Below the pieces are notes generated by a model, which saw nothing but the letters and a program-made list of their open reading frames with translations, searched no databases and was not told the DNA's origin. The translations under genes were made by a program, and so were the position numbers. From the human T2T-CHM13v2.0 reference genome, Homo sapiens: a stretch of 64,000 bases of DNA. Shown here one piece after another: positions 28,601 through 40,743 of this stretch. The first letter of the stretch is position 1; every line of letters starts with the position of its first letter. The stretch lies in the NCBI RefSeq assembly GCF_009914755.1, contig NC_060946.1. One strand, given 5' to 3'.

Positions 28601-31600
28601 GAATGTTTCCAAACTGGTCAATCAACAGAAAGGCTCAACTCTGTGAGACGAAAGCACACATCACAAAGAAGTTTCTCAGAAAGCTTCTGTCTACATTTTT
28701 TGTGAAGGTATTTCCTTTGGCACCGTAGGCCTTAAACCACTCACAAACATAACTCCGCTTATACTACCAAGAGACTTTCTCCAAATTGCTAAATCAAAAG
28801 AAACGTTCAACTCTGTGAGATGAATACACACATCAAAAAGAAGTTTCTCAAAATGGTTCTGTCTAGTTTTCATGTGAAGATATTTATTTTTCACCATTGG
28901 CCCCAAACGGCTCAGAAATATCCCTTTGCAGTTTGTAGGAAAAGACTGTTTCCAAACTGCTCAATGAGAAGAAATGGTCAACTATTAGAGATGAATGGAA
29001 ATGTCACAAAGAGTTTTCTCAAAAAGCTACTGTGTTGTTTTTATGTGAAGACGTTTCCTTTTTCACTCTAGGCCTTAAAACTCTCTAAATATACATTCAC
29101 AGATTCTACAAAAAGACGGATTCCAAACTGCTCAATCAGAAGAAAGGTTCAATTCCGTGTGACAAACGTGCACATCACAAAGAAATTTGTCAGAAAGCTT
29201 CTGTCTACTTTTTATGTGAAGATATTTCATATTTCAACAAAGGCCATAAAGGGCTCACAAATATCCCTTTGCAGATTCTAAGGAAAGACATTTTCCAAAC
29301 TCCTCAATCAAAAGAAAGGTTTCACTCTGTGCGATGAATGGACACATCACAAAGAAGTTTCTCAGAAAGCTTCTGTCTACTTTTTATGTGAGGCTATTTC
29401 TTGTTCACCATAGGCCTCAAGCAGCTAAGAAATTTCCCTCTGCAGCTTCTACAAAAGACTGGTTCCAAACTGCTCAACTGAAAGGAAGGTTGAATTCTGT
29501 GACATGAATTCACACATCACAAAGAGGTTTTTCAGAAATCTTCTGTCTAGTTTTATGTGAAGATACTTCCTTTTTCACCAAGGGCCTCAAATATCTCCAA
29601 ATATCCATTTGCAGATTCTACAGAAAGACTTCCCAAACTGCTCAAACAAAAGAAAGGTTCAACACAGTGAGATGAAGGCACACATCACAAAGAAGTTTCT
29701 CAGAAATCTCCTGTCTAGTTTTTGTGTGAAGATATTTCGTATTTCACCACAGGCCATAAGGGGCTCACAAATATCCCTTTGCAGGTTCTACACAAAGACT
29801 GTTTCCAAACTGCTCAATCAAAAGAAAGGTTCAACTCTGTGACGTGAATGGACACATCACAAAAAATTTCTCGGAATGATTCCTTGTAGTTTTTATGGGA
29901 AGATGTTTCTCTTTCACCAGAAGCCTCAAACGGATCAGAATTCTCCCTTTGCAGATTGTACAGTAAGCCTCTTTCCAATCTGCTCAATCAAAAGAAAGTT
30001 TCAACTCTGGGAGGTGAATGCACACATCACAAGGGAGTTTCTCAGAAAGCTTCTGTTTAGTTTTTACATGAAGATGTTTCGTTTTTCAACATGGGCCTCA
30101 AAAGCTCTCCAAATATCCACTTGCAGATTCTAGAAAAAGAGTGTTTCCAAACTCCTCAGTCAAAAGAAAGTTTCAATTGTGTGAGATGAAAGCACACATC
30201 ACTCCGAAGTTTCTTAGAAAGCTTCTGTCTAGTTTTTATGTGAAGATACTTCACAGTGCATCATAGTACTCAATGGGCTCAGAAATATCCCTTGGCAGAT
30301 TCTACAAAAGGACTGTTTCAAAACTGCTCAATCCAAAGAAAGTTTCAACTATGTGAGATGAATGCACACATCACAAAGAAGTTCCTCAGAATGCTTCTGT
30401 CTAGTTTATATGTGAAGAAGATTCCTATTTCACCATAGGCAATAAAGGGCTCACAAATATGTTTTGCAGATTCTACAAAAAGACTGTGTCCAAACTGCTC
30501 AATAAAAGGAAAGTTTTAACTCTGTTAGATTAACGGACACATCGAAAAGTAGTTTCTCAGAAAACTTCTCTTTAGTTTTTATGAGAAGATATTTCCTTTG
30601 CCACCATTGGCCTCAAAGCACTCCTAATATCCATTTACAGATTTCACAAAAAGAGTGTTTCCAAACAGCTCAATCAAAAGAAAGTGTTTAACTCTGTGAG
30701 GTGAAAGCACACATCTCAATGAAGTTTCTCAGAAAGCTTCGGTCTACTTTTCATGTGAAGATATTTCCAGTTTCACCGTAGGCCTCAAAGGGCTAAGAAA
30801 TATCCCATTCCAGATTTTAAAATACGGCCGTTTCCATACTTCTCAATCAAAAGAAAGGTTAAATTCTCTGAGGTTAATGCCCACGTCAGAATGAAGTTTC
30901 TCAGAATTCTCCTGTCTAGTTTCTATGTGAAGATATTTACTATTTCACTGTAGGCTTCAAAGGTCTCAAAAATATCCCTTTGCAGATTCTACAAAAATAC
31001 GGTTTCCACAGTGCTGAATTAAAAGAAACCTTCAACTCTGTCAGATGAATGGAGACATCACAAAGAAGTTCCTCGGAATGCTTCTGTCTAGTTTAAATGT
31101 GAAGATATTTCTCTTTCACCACAGACCTCAAATGGCTCAGAAATATGCCATTGCAGATTGCAGAAAAAGACTGTCTCTAAACTGCTCAAATAAAATAAAG
31201 TTTCAACACTGTGAGATGAATGCACACATCACAAAGAAGTTTCTCAGAAAGCTTCTGTCTAGTTTTTATGTGAAGATATTTCCTTTTTCAGCATAGTCCT
31301 TACACCGCTCACAAATATCCTTCTGCAGATACTAGAAAAAGACTGTTTCCAAACTGCTCCATCAAAAGAAAATTTCACCTACCTGAGAGGAATGCACACA
31401 TCATAAAGAAGTTTCTCAGAATTCTTCTGTCTAGATTTTATGTGAAGATATTTGCATTTTCACCTCAGGCCACAAAGCGCTCCAAACATCCCTTTGCAGA
31501 TGATACGAAAAGACTGTTTCCAAACTGCTCAATCAAAAGAAATTTTCAACTCTGTGAGATGAAAGCACACATCACAGAAAAGTTTCTCAGAAATCTTCTG

Positions 31601-34236
31601 TCTAGTTTTTATCTCAAGATAATTCCTATTTTGCCATAGGAATCAAGGGGCTCACAAATATCCCTTTGCAGATTCTACAAAAGTTCTGTTTACAAACCTC
31701 TCAATCAAAAGAAACGTTCAACATTGTGAGATGAATGAACACATCACAAAGAAGTTTCTCAGAATGCTTCTGTCTGGTTACTCTGTGAAGATATTTCTTT
31801 TTTCACCACAGTCTTTAAGCCACTCAAAAATATCTGTCTGCAGACACTACAAAAAGACTGTTTCCAAACTGGCCCATATAGCATGTTTCAAATATGTGAA
31901 ATGAATGCACTCATCAAAGAGAAGTTTCTCAGAATTCTTCTGTCTAGTTTTTATGTGAAGATATTTCCTTCTTCGCCGTAGGCCGCAAATTGCTCCAAAT
32001 ATCCATTTGCGGATTCTACAGAAAGAATGTTTCCAAACTGGTCAATCAACAGAAAGGCTCAACTCTGTGAGACGAAAGCACACATCACAAAGAAGTTTCT
32101 CAGAAAGCTTCTGTCTACATTTTTTGTGAAGGTATTTCCTTTGGCACCGTAGGCCTTAAACCACTCACAAACATAACTCCGCTTATACTACCAAGAGACT
32201 TTCTCCAAATTGCTAAATCAAAAGAAACGTTCAACTCTGTGAGATGAATACACACATCAAAAAGAAGTTTCTCAAAATGGTTCTGTCTAGTTTTCATGTG
32301 AAGATATTTATTTTTCACCATTGGCCCCAAACGGCTCAGAAATATCCCTTTGCAGTTTGTAGGAAAAGACTGTTTCCAAACTGCTCAATGAGAAGAAATG
32401 GTCAACTATTAGAGATGAATGGAAATGTCACAAAGAGTTTTCTCAAAAAGCTACTGTGTCGTTTTTATGTGAAGACGTTTCCTTTTTCACTCTAGGCCTT
32501 AAAACTCTCTAAATATACATTCACAGATTCTACAAAAAGACGGATTCCAAACTGCTCAATCAGAAGAAAGGTTCAATTCCGTGTGACAAACGTGCACATC
32601 ACAAAGAAATTTGTCAGAAAGCTTCTGTCTACTTTTTATGTGAAGATATTTCATATTTCAACAAAGGCCATAAAGGGCTCACAAATATCCCTTTGCAGAT
32701 TCTAAGGAAAGACATTTTCCAAACTCCTCAATCAAAAGAAAGGTTTCACTCTGTGCGATGAATGGACACATCACAAAGAAGTTTCTCAGAAAGCTTCTGT
32801 CTACTTTTTATGTGAGGCTATTTCTTGTTCACCATAGGCCTCAAGCAGCTAAGAAATTTCCCTCTGCAGCTTCTACAAAAGACTGGTTCCAAACTGCTCA
32901 ACTGAAAGGAAGGTTGAATTCTGTGACATGAATTCACACATCACAAAGAGGTTTTTCAGAAATCTTCTGTCTAGTTTTATGTGAAGATACTTCCTTTTTC
33001 ACCAAGGGCCTCAAATATCTCCAAATATCCATTTGCAGATTCTACAGAAAGACTTCCCAAACTGCTCAAACAAAAGAAAGGTTCAACACAGTGAGATGAA
33101 GGCACACATCACAAAGAAGTTTCTCAGAAATCTCCTGTCTAGTTTTTGTGTGAAGATATTTCGTATTTCACCACAGGCCATAAGAGGCTCACAAATATCC
33201 CTTTGCAGGTTCTACACAAAGACTGTTTCCAAACTGCTCAATCAAAAGAAAGGTTCAACTCTGTGACGTGAATGGACACATCACAAAAAATTTCTCGGAA
33301 TGATTCCTTGTAGTTTTTATGGGAAGATGTTTCTCTTTCACCAGAAGCCTCAAACGGATCAGAATTCTCCCTTTGCAGATTGTACAGTAAGCCTCTTTCC
33401 AATCTGCTCAATCAAAAGAAAGTTTCAACTCTGGGAGGTGAATGCACACATCACAAGGGAGTTTCTCAGAAAGCTTCTGTTTAGTTTTTACATGAAGATG
33501 TTTCGTTTTTCAACATGGGACTCAAAAGCTCTCCAAATATCCACTTGCAGATTCTAGAAAAAGAGTGTTTCCAAACTCCTCAGTCAAAAGAAAGTTTCAA
33601 TTGTGTGAGATGAAAGCACACATCACTCCGAAGTTTCTTAGAAAGCTTCTGTCTAGTTTTTATGTGAAGATACTTCACAGTGCATCATAGTACTCAATGG
33701 GCTCAGAAATATCCCTTGGCAGATTCTACAAAAGGACGTTTCAAAACTGCTCAATCCAAAGAAAGTTTCAACTATGTGAGATGAATGCACACATCACAAA
33801 GAAGTTCCTCAGAATGCTTCTGTCTAGTTTATATGTGAAGAAGATTCCTATTTCACCATAGGGAATAAAGGGCTCACAAATATGTTTTGCAGATTCTACA
33901 AAAAGACTGTGTCCAAACTGCTCAATAAAAAGAAAGTTTTAACTCTGTTAGATTAACGGACACATCGAAAAGTAGTTTCTCAGAAAACTTCTGTTTAGTT
34001 TTTATGAGAAGATATTTCCTTTGCCACCATTGGCCTCAAAGCACTCCTAATATCCATTTACAGATTTCACAAAAAGAGTGTTTCCAAACAGCTCAATCAA
34101 AAGAAAGTGTTTAACTCTGTGAGGTGAAAGCACACATCTCAATGAAGTTTCTCAGAAAGCTTCGGTCTACTTTTCATGTGAAGATATTTCCAGTTTCACC
34201 GTAGGCCTCAAAGGGCTAAGAAATATCCCATTCCAG
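13694..34236 (-). repeat. HOR units U5-U10 (haplotype B; starts 13694, 17118, 20542, 23966, 27390, 30814; 3424 bp each, U10 3423 bp)
   Basis: Shared alleles acggccg, atttgcatt, aaatggttctg, ctcaaacaaaag, ctctgggagg, caattgtgtg; ORF spacing of 3424. Confidence 0.93.
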
Positions 34237-37200
34237 ATTTTAAAAGACGACCGTTTCCATACTTCTCAATCAAAAGAAAGGTTAAATTCTCTGAGGTTAA
34301 TGCCCACGTCAGAATGAAGTTTCTCAGAATTCTCCTGTCTAGTTTCTATGTGAAGATATTTAGTATTTCACTGTAGGCTTCAAAGGTCTCAAAAATATCC
34401 CTTTGCAGATTCTACAAAAATACGGTTTCCACAGTGCTGAATTAAAAGAAACCTTCAAATCCGTCAGATGAATGGAGACATCACAAAGAAGTTCCTCGGA
34501 ATGCTTCTGTCTAGTTTAAATGTGAAGATATTTCTCTTTCACCACAGACCTCAAATGGCTCAGAAATATGCCTTTGCAGATTGCAGAAAAAGACTGCCTC
34601 TAAACTGCTCAAATAAAATAAAGTTTCAACACTGTGAGATGAATGCACACATCACAAAGAAGTTTCTCAGAAAGCTTCTGTCTAGTTTTTATGTGAAGAT
34701 ATTTCCTTTTTCAGCATAGTCCTTACACCGCTCACAAATATCCTTCTGCAGATACTAGAAAAAGACTGTTTCCAAACTGCTCCATCAAAAGAAAATTTCA
34801 CCTACCTGAGAGGAATGCACACATCATAAAGAAGTTTCTCAGAATTCTTCTGTCTAGATTTTATGTGAAGATATTTGCATTTTCACCTCAGGCCACAAAG
34901 CGCTCCAAACATCCCTTTGCAGATGATACGAAAAGACTGTTTCCAAACTGCTCAATCAAAAGAAATTTTCAACTCTGTGAGATGAAAGCACACATCACAG
35001 AAAAGTTTCTCAGAAATCTTCTGTCTAGTTTTTATCTCAAGATAATTCCTATTTTGCCATAGGAATCAAGGGGCTCACAAATATCCCTTTGCAGATTCTA
35101 CAAAAGTTCTGTTTACAAACCTCTCAATCAAAAGAAACGTTCAACATTGTGAGATGAATGAACACATCACAAAGAAGTTTCTCAGAATGCTTCTGTCTGG
35201 TTACTCTGTGAAGATATTTCTTTTTTCACCACAGTCTTTAAGCCACTCAAAAATATCTGTCTGCAGACACTACAAAAAGACTGTTTCCAAACTGGCCCAT
35301 ATAGCATGTTTCAACTATGTGAAATGAATGCACTCATCAAAGAGAAGTTTCTCAGAATTCTTCTGTCTAGTTTTTATGTGAAGATATTTCCTTCTTCACC
35401 GTAGGCCGCAAATTGCTCCAAATATCCATTTGCGGATTCTACAGAAAGAGTGTTTCCAAACTGGTCAATCAACAGAAAGGCTCAACTCTGTGAGAGGAAA
35501 GCACACATCACAAAGAAGTTTCTCAGAAAGCTTCTGTCTACATTTTTTGTGAAGGTATTTCCTTTGGCACCGTAGGCCTTAAACCACTCACAAACATAAC
35601 TCCGCTTATACTACCAAGAGACTTTCTCCAAATTGCTAAATCAAAAGAAACGTTCAACTCTGTGAGATGAATGCACACATCAAAAAGAAGTTTCTCAAAA
35701 TGCTTCTGTCTAGTTTTCATGTGAAGATATTTATTTTTCACCATTGGCCCCAAACGGCTCAGAAATATCTCTTTGCAGTTTGTAGGAAAAGACTGTTTCC
35801 AAACTGCTCAATGAGAAGAAATGGTCAACTATTAGAGATGAATGGAAATGTCACAAAGAGTTTTCTCAAAAAGCTACTGTGTCTTTTTTATGTGAAGACG
35901 TTTCCTTTTTCACTCTAGGCCTTAAAACTCTGTAAATATACATTCACAGATTCTACAAAAAGACTGATTCCAAACTGCTCAATCAGAAGAAAGGTTCAAT
36001 TCCGTGTGACAAACGTGCACATCACAAAGAAATTTGTCAGAAAGCTTCTGTCTACTTTTTATGTGAAGATATTTCATATTTCAACAAAGGCCATAAAGGG
36101 CTCACAAATATCCCTTTGCAGATTCTAAGGAAAGACATTTTCAAACTACTCAATCAAAAGAAAGGTTTCACTCTGTGCGATGAATGGACACATCACAAAG
36201 AAGTTTCTCAGAAAGCTTCTGTCTACTTTTTATGTGAGGCTATTTCTTGTTCACCATAGGCCTCAAGCAGCTAAGAAATTTCCCTCTGCAGCTTCTACAA
36301 AAGACTGGTTCCAAACTGCTCAACTGAAAGGAAGGTTGAATTCTGTCACATGAATTCACACATCACAAAGAGGTTTTTCAGAAATCTTCTGTCTAGTTTT
36401 TATGTGAAGATACTTCCTTTATCACCAAGGGCCTCAAATATCTCCAAATATCCATTTGCAGATTCTACAGAAAGACTTCCCAAACTGCTCAATCAAAAGA
36501 AAGGTTCAACACAGTGAGATGAAGGCACACATCACAAAGAAGTTTCTCAGAAATCTCCTGTCTAGTTTTTATGTGAAGATATTTCATATTTCACCACAGG
36601 CCATAAGGGGCTCACAAATATCTGTTTGCAGGTTCTACACAAAGACTGTTTCTAAACTGCTCAATCAAAGGAAAGGTTCAACTCTGTGACGTGAATGGAC
36701 ACATCACAAAAAATTTCTCGGAATGATTCCGTCTAGTTTTTATGGGAAGATGTTTCTCTTTCACCAGAAGCCTCAAACGGATCAGAATTCTCCCTTTGCA
36801 GATTGTACAATAACCCTCTTTCCAATCTGCTCAATCAAAAGAAAGTTTCAACTCTGTGAGGTGAATGCACACATCACAAGGGAGTTTCTCAGAAAGCTTC
36901 TGTTTAGTTTTTACGTGAAGATGTTTCGTTTTTCAACATGGGCCTCAAAATCTCTCCAAATATCCATTTGCAGATTCTAGAAAAAGAGTGTTTCCAAACT
37001 CCTCAATCAAAAGAAAGTTTCAATTCTGTGAGATGAAAGCACACATCACACCGAAGTTTCTTAGAAAGCTTCTGTCTAGTTTTTATGTGAAGATACTTCA
37101 CAGTGCATCATAGTACTCAATGGGCTCAGAAATATCCCTTGGCAGATTCTACAAAAGGACTGTTTCAAAACTGCTCAATCCAAAGAAAGTTTCAACTATG

Positions 37201-37660
37201 TGAGATGAATGCACACATCACAAAGAAGTTCCTCAGAATGCTTCTGTCTAGTTTATATGTGAAGAAGATTCCTTTTTCACCATAGGCAATAAAGGGCTCA
37301 CAAATATTTTTTGCAGATTCTACAAAAAGACTGTGTCCAAACTGCTCAATAAAAAGAAAGTTTTAACTCTGTTAGATTAACGGACACATCGAAAAGTAGT
37401 ATCTCAGAAAACTTCTGTTTAGTTTTTATGAGAAGATATATCCTTTGTCACCATTGGCCTCAAAGCACTCCTAATATCCATTTACAGATTTCACAAAAAG
37501 AGTGTTTCCAAACAGCTCAATCAAAAGAAAGTGTTTAACTCTGTGAGGTGAAAGCACACATCTCAATGAAGTTTCTCAGAAAGCTTCGGTCTACTTTTCA
37601 TGTGAAGATATTTCCAGTTTCACCGTAGGCCTCAAAGGGCTAAGAAATATCCCTTTCCAG
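34237..37660 (-). repeat. HOR unit U11 (20-mer, 3424 bp, divergent transition copy)
   Basis: B-like at the start and lacking B alleles later; many private SNVs (e.g. caaatccgtc ~34459, tatctctttg ~35770, tttcaaactactc ~36145). Confidence 0.88.
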
Positions 37661-40600
37661 ATTCTAAAGGACGACTGTTTCCATACTTCTCAATCAAAAG
37701 AAAGGTTAAATTCTCTGAGGTTAATGTCCACGTCAGAATGAAGTTTCTCAGAATTCTCCTGTCTAGTTTCTATGTGAAGATATTTACTATTTCACTATAG
37801 GCTTCAAAGGTCTCAAAAATATCCCTTTGCAGATGCTACAAAAATACGGTTTCCACAGTGCTGAATTAAAAGAAACCTTCAACTCTGTCAGATGAATGGA
37901 CACATCACAAAGAAGTTCCTCGGAATGCTTCTGTCTAGTTTAAATGTGAAGATATTTCTCTTTCACCACAGACCTCAAATGGCTCACAAATATGCCTTTG
38001 CAGATTGCAGAAAAAGACTGTCTCTAAACTGCTCAAATAAAATAAAGTTCAACACTGTGAGATGAATGCACACATCACAAAGAAGTTTCTCAGAAAGCTT
38101 CTGTCTAGTTTTTATGTGAAGATATTTCCTTTTTCAGCATAGTCCTTACACCGCTCACAAATATCCTTCTGCAGATACTAGAAAAAGACTGTTTCCAAAC
38201 TGCTCCATCAAAAGAAAATTTCACCTACCTGAGATGAATGCACACATCATAAAGAAGTTTCTCAGAATTCTTCTCTCTAGATTTTATGTGAGGATATTTC
38301 CATTTTCAACTTAGGCCACAAAGCGCTCCAAACATCCCTTTGCAGATGATACGAAAAGACTGTTTCCAAACTGCTCAATCAAAAGAAATTTTCAACTCTG
38401 TGAGATGAAAGCACCCATCACAAAAAAGTTTCTCAGAAATCTTCTGTCTAGTTTTTATCTCAAGGTAATTCCTATTTTGCCATAGGAATCAAGGGGCTCA
38501 CAAATATCCCTTTGCAGATTCTACAAAAGTTCTGTTTACAAACCTCTCAATCAACAGAAAGGCTCAACTCTGTGAGACGAAAGCACACATCACAAAGAAG
38601 TTCCTCAGAAAGCTTCTGTCTGCATTTTATGTGAAGGTATTTCCTTTGGCACCGTAGGCCTTAAACCACTCACAAACATAACTCCGCTTCTACTACGAAG
38701 AGACTTTCTCCAAATTGCTAAATCAAAAGAAACGTTCAACTCTGTGAGATGAATACACACATCAAAAAGAAGTTTCTCAAAATGCTTCTGTCTAGTTTTC
38801 ATGTGAAGATATTTATTTTTCACCATTGGCCCAAAACGGCTCAGAAATGTCCCTTTGCAGTTTGTAGGAAAAGACTGTTTCCAAACTGCTCAATGAGAAG
38901 AAATGGTCAACTATTAGAGATGAATGGAAATGTCACAAAGAGTTTTCTCAAAAAGCTACTGTGTCGTTTTTATGTGAAGACGTTTCCTTTTTCACTCTAG
39001 GCCTTAAAACTCTCTAAATATACATTCACAGATTCTACAAAAAGACTGATTCCAAACTGCTCAATCAGAAGAAAGGTTCAATTCCGTGTGACAAACGTGC
39101 ACATCACAAAGAAATTTGTCAGAAAGCTTCTGTCTACTTTTTATGTGAAGATATTTCATATTTCAACAAAGGCCATAAAGGGCTCACAAATATCCCTTTG
39201 CAGATTCTAAGAAAAGACATTTTCCAAACTCCTCAATCAAAAGAAAGGTTTCACTCTGTGCGATGAATGGACACATCACAAAGAAGTTTCTCAGAAAGCT
39301 TCTGTCTACTTTACATGTGAGGCTATTTCTTGTTCACCATAGGCCTCAAGCAGCTAAGAAATTTCCCTCTGCAGCTTCTACAAAAGACTGGTTCCAAACT
39401 GCTCAACTGAAAGGAAGGTTGAATTCTGTGACATGAATTCACACATCACAAAGAGGTTTTTCAGAAATCTTCTGTCTAGTTTTTATGTGAAGATACTTCC
39501 TTTTTCACCAAGGGCCTCAAATATCTCCAAATATCCATTTGCAGATTCTACAGAAAGTCTTCCCAAACTGCTCAATCAACAGAAAGGTTCAACACAGTGA
39601 GATGAAGGCACACATCACAAAGAAGTTTCTCAGAAATCTCCTGTCTAGTTTTTATGTGAAGATATTTCGTATTTCACCACAGGCCATAAGGGGCTCACAA
39701 ATATCCCTTTGCAGGTTCTACAAAAAGACTGTTTTCAAACTGCTCAATCAAAAGAAAGGTTCAACTCTGTGACGTGAATGGACACATCACAAAAAATTTC
39801 TCGGAATGATTCCGTCTAGTTTTTATGGGAAGATATTTCACTTTCACCAGAAGCCTCAAACGGATCAGAATTCTCCCTTTGCAGATTGTACAATAAGCCT
39901 CTTTCCAATCTGTTCAATCAAAAGAAAGTTTCAACTCTGTGAGGTGAATGCACACATCACAAGGGAGTTTCTCAGAAAGCTTCTGTTTAGTTTTTACGTG
40001 AAGATGTTTCATTTTTCAACATGGGCCTCAAAAGCTCTCCAAATATCCATTTGCAGATTCTAGAAAAAGAGTGTTTCCAAACTCCTCAATCAAAAGAAAG
40101 TTTCAATTCTGTGAGATGAAAGCACACATCACACCGAAGTTTCTTAGAAAGCTTCTGTCTAGTTTTTATGTGAAGATACTTCACAGTGCATCATAGTACT
40201 CAATGGGCTCAGAAATATCCCTTGGCAGATTCTACAAAAGGACTGTTTCAAAACTGCTCAATCCAAAGAAAGTTTCAACTAAGTGAGATGAATGCACACA
40301 TCACAAAGAAGTTCCTCAGAATGCTTCTGTCTAGTTTACATGTGAAGAAGATTCCTATTTCACCATAGGCAATAAAGGGCTCACAAATATTTTTTGCAGA
40401 TTCTACAAAAAGACTGAGTCCAAACTGCTCAATAAAAAGAAAGTTTTAACTCTGTTAGATTAACGGACACATCGAAAAGTAGTTTCTCAGGAAACTTCTC
40501 TTTAGTTTTTATGAGAAGATATTTCCTTTGTCACCATTGGCCTCAAAGCACTCCTAATATCCATTTACAGATTTCACAAAAAGAGTGTTTCCAAACAGCT

Positions 40601-40743
40601 CAATCAAAAGAAAGTGTTTAACTCTGTGAGGTGAAAGCACACATCTCAATGAAGTTTCTCAGAAAGCTTCGGTCTACTTTTCATGTGAAGATATTTCCAG
40701 TTTCACCGTAGGCCTCAAAGGGCTAAGAAATATCCCTTTCCAG
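37661..40743 (-). repeat. HOR unit U12: structural variant, 18-mer of 3083 bp
   Basis: The junction aacctc-tcaatcaa-cagaaaggctc at 38541-38565 joins two sites that are 341 bp apart in intact copies (41631 vs 41972); extra 1-bp deletion aaagttcaac at ~38048. Confidence 0.93.
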
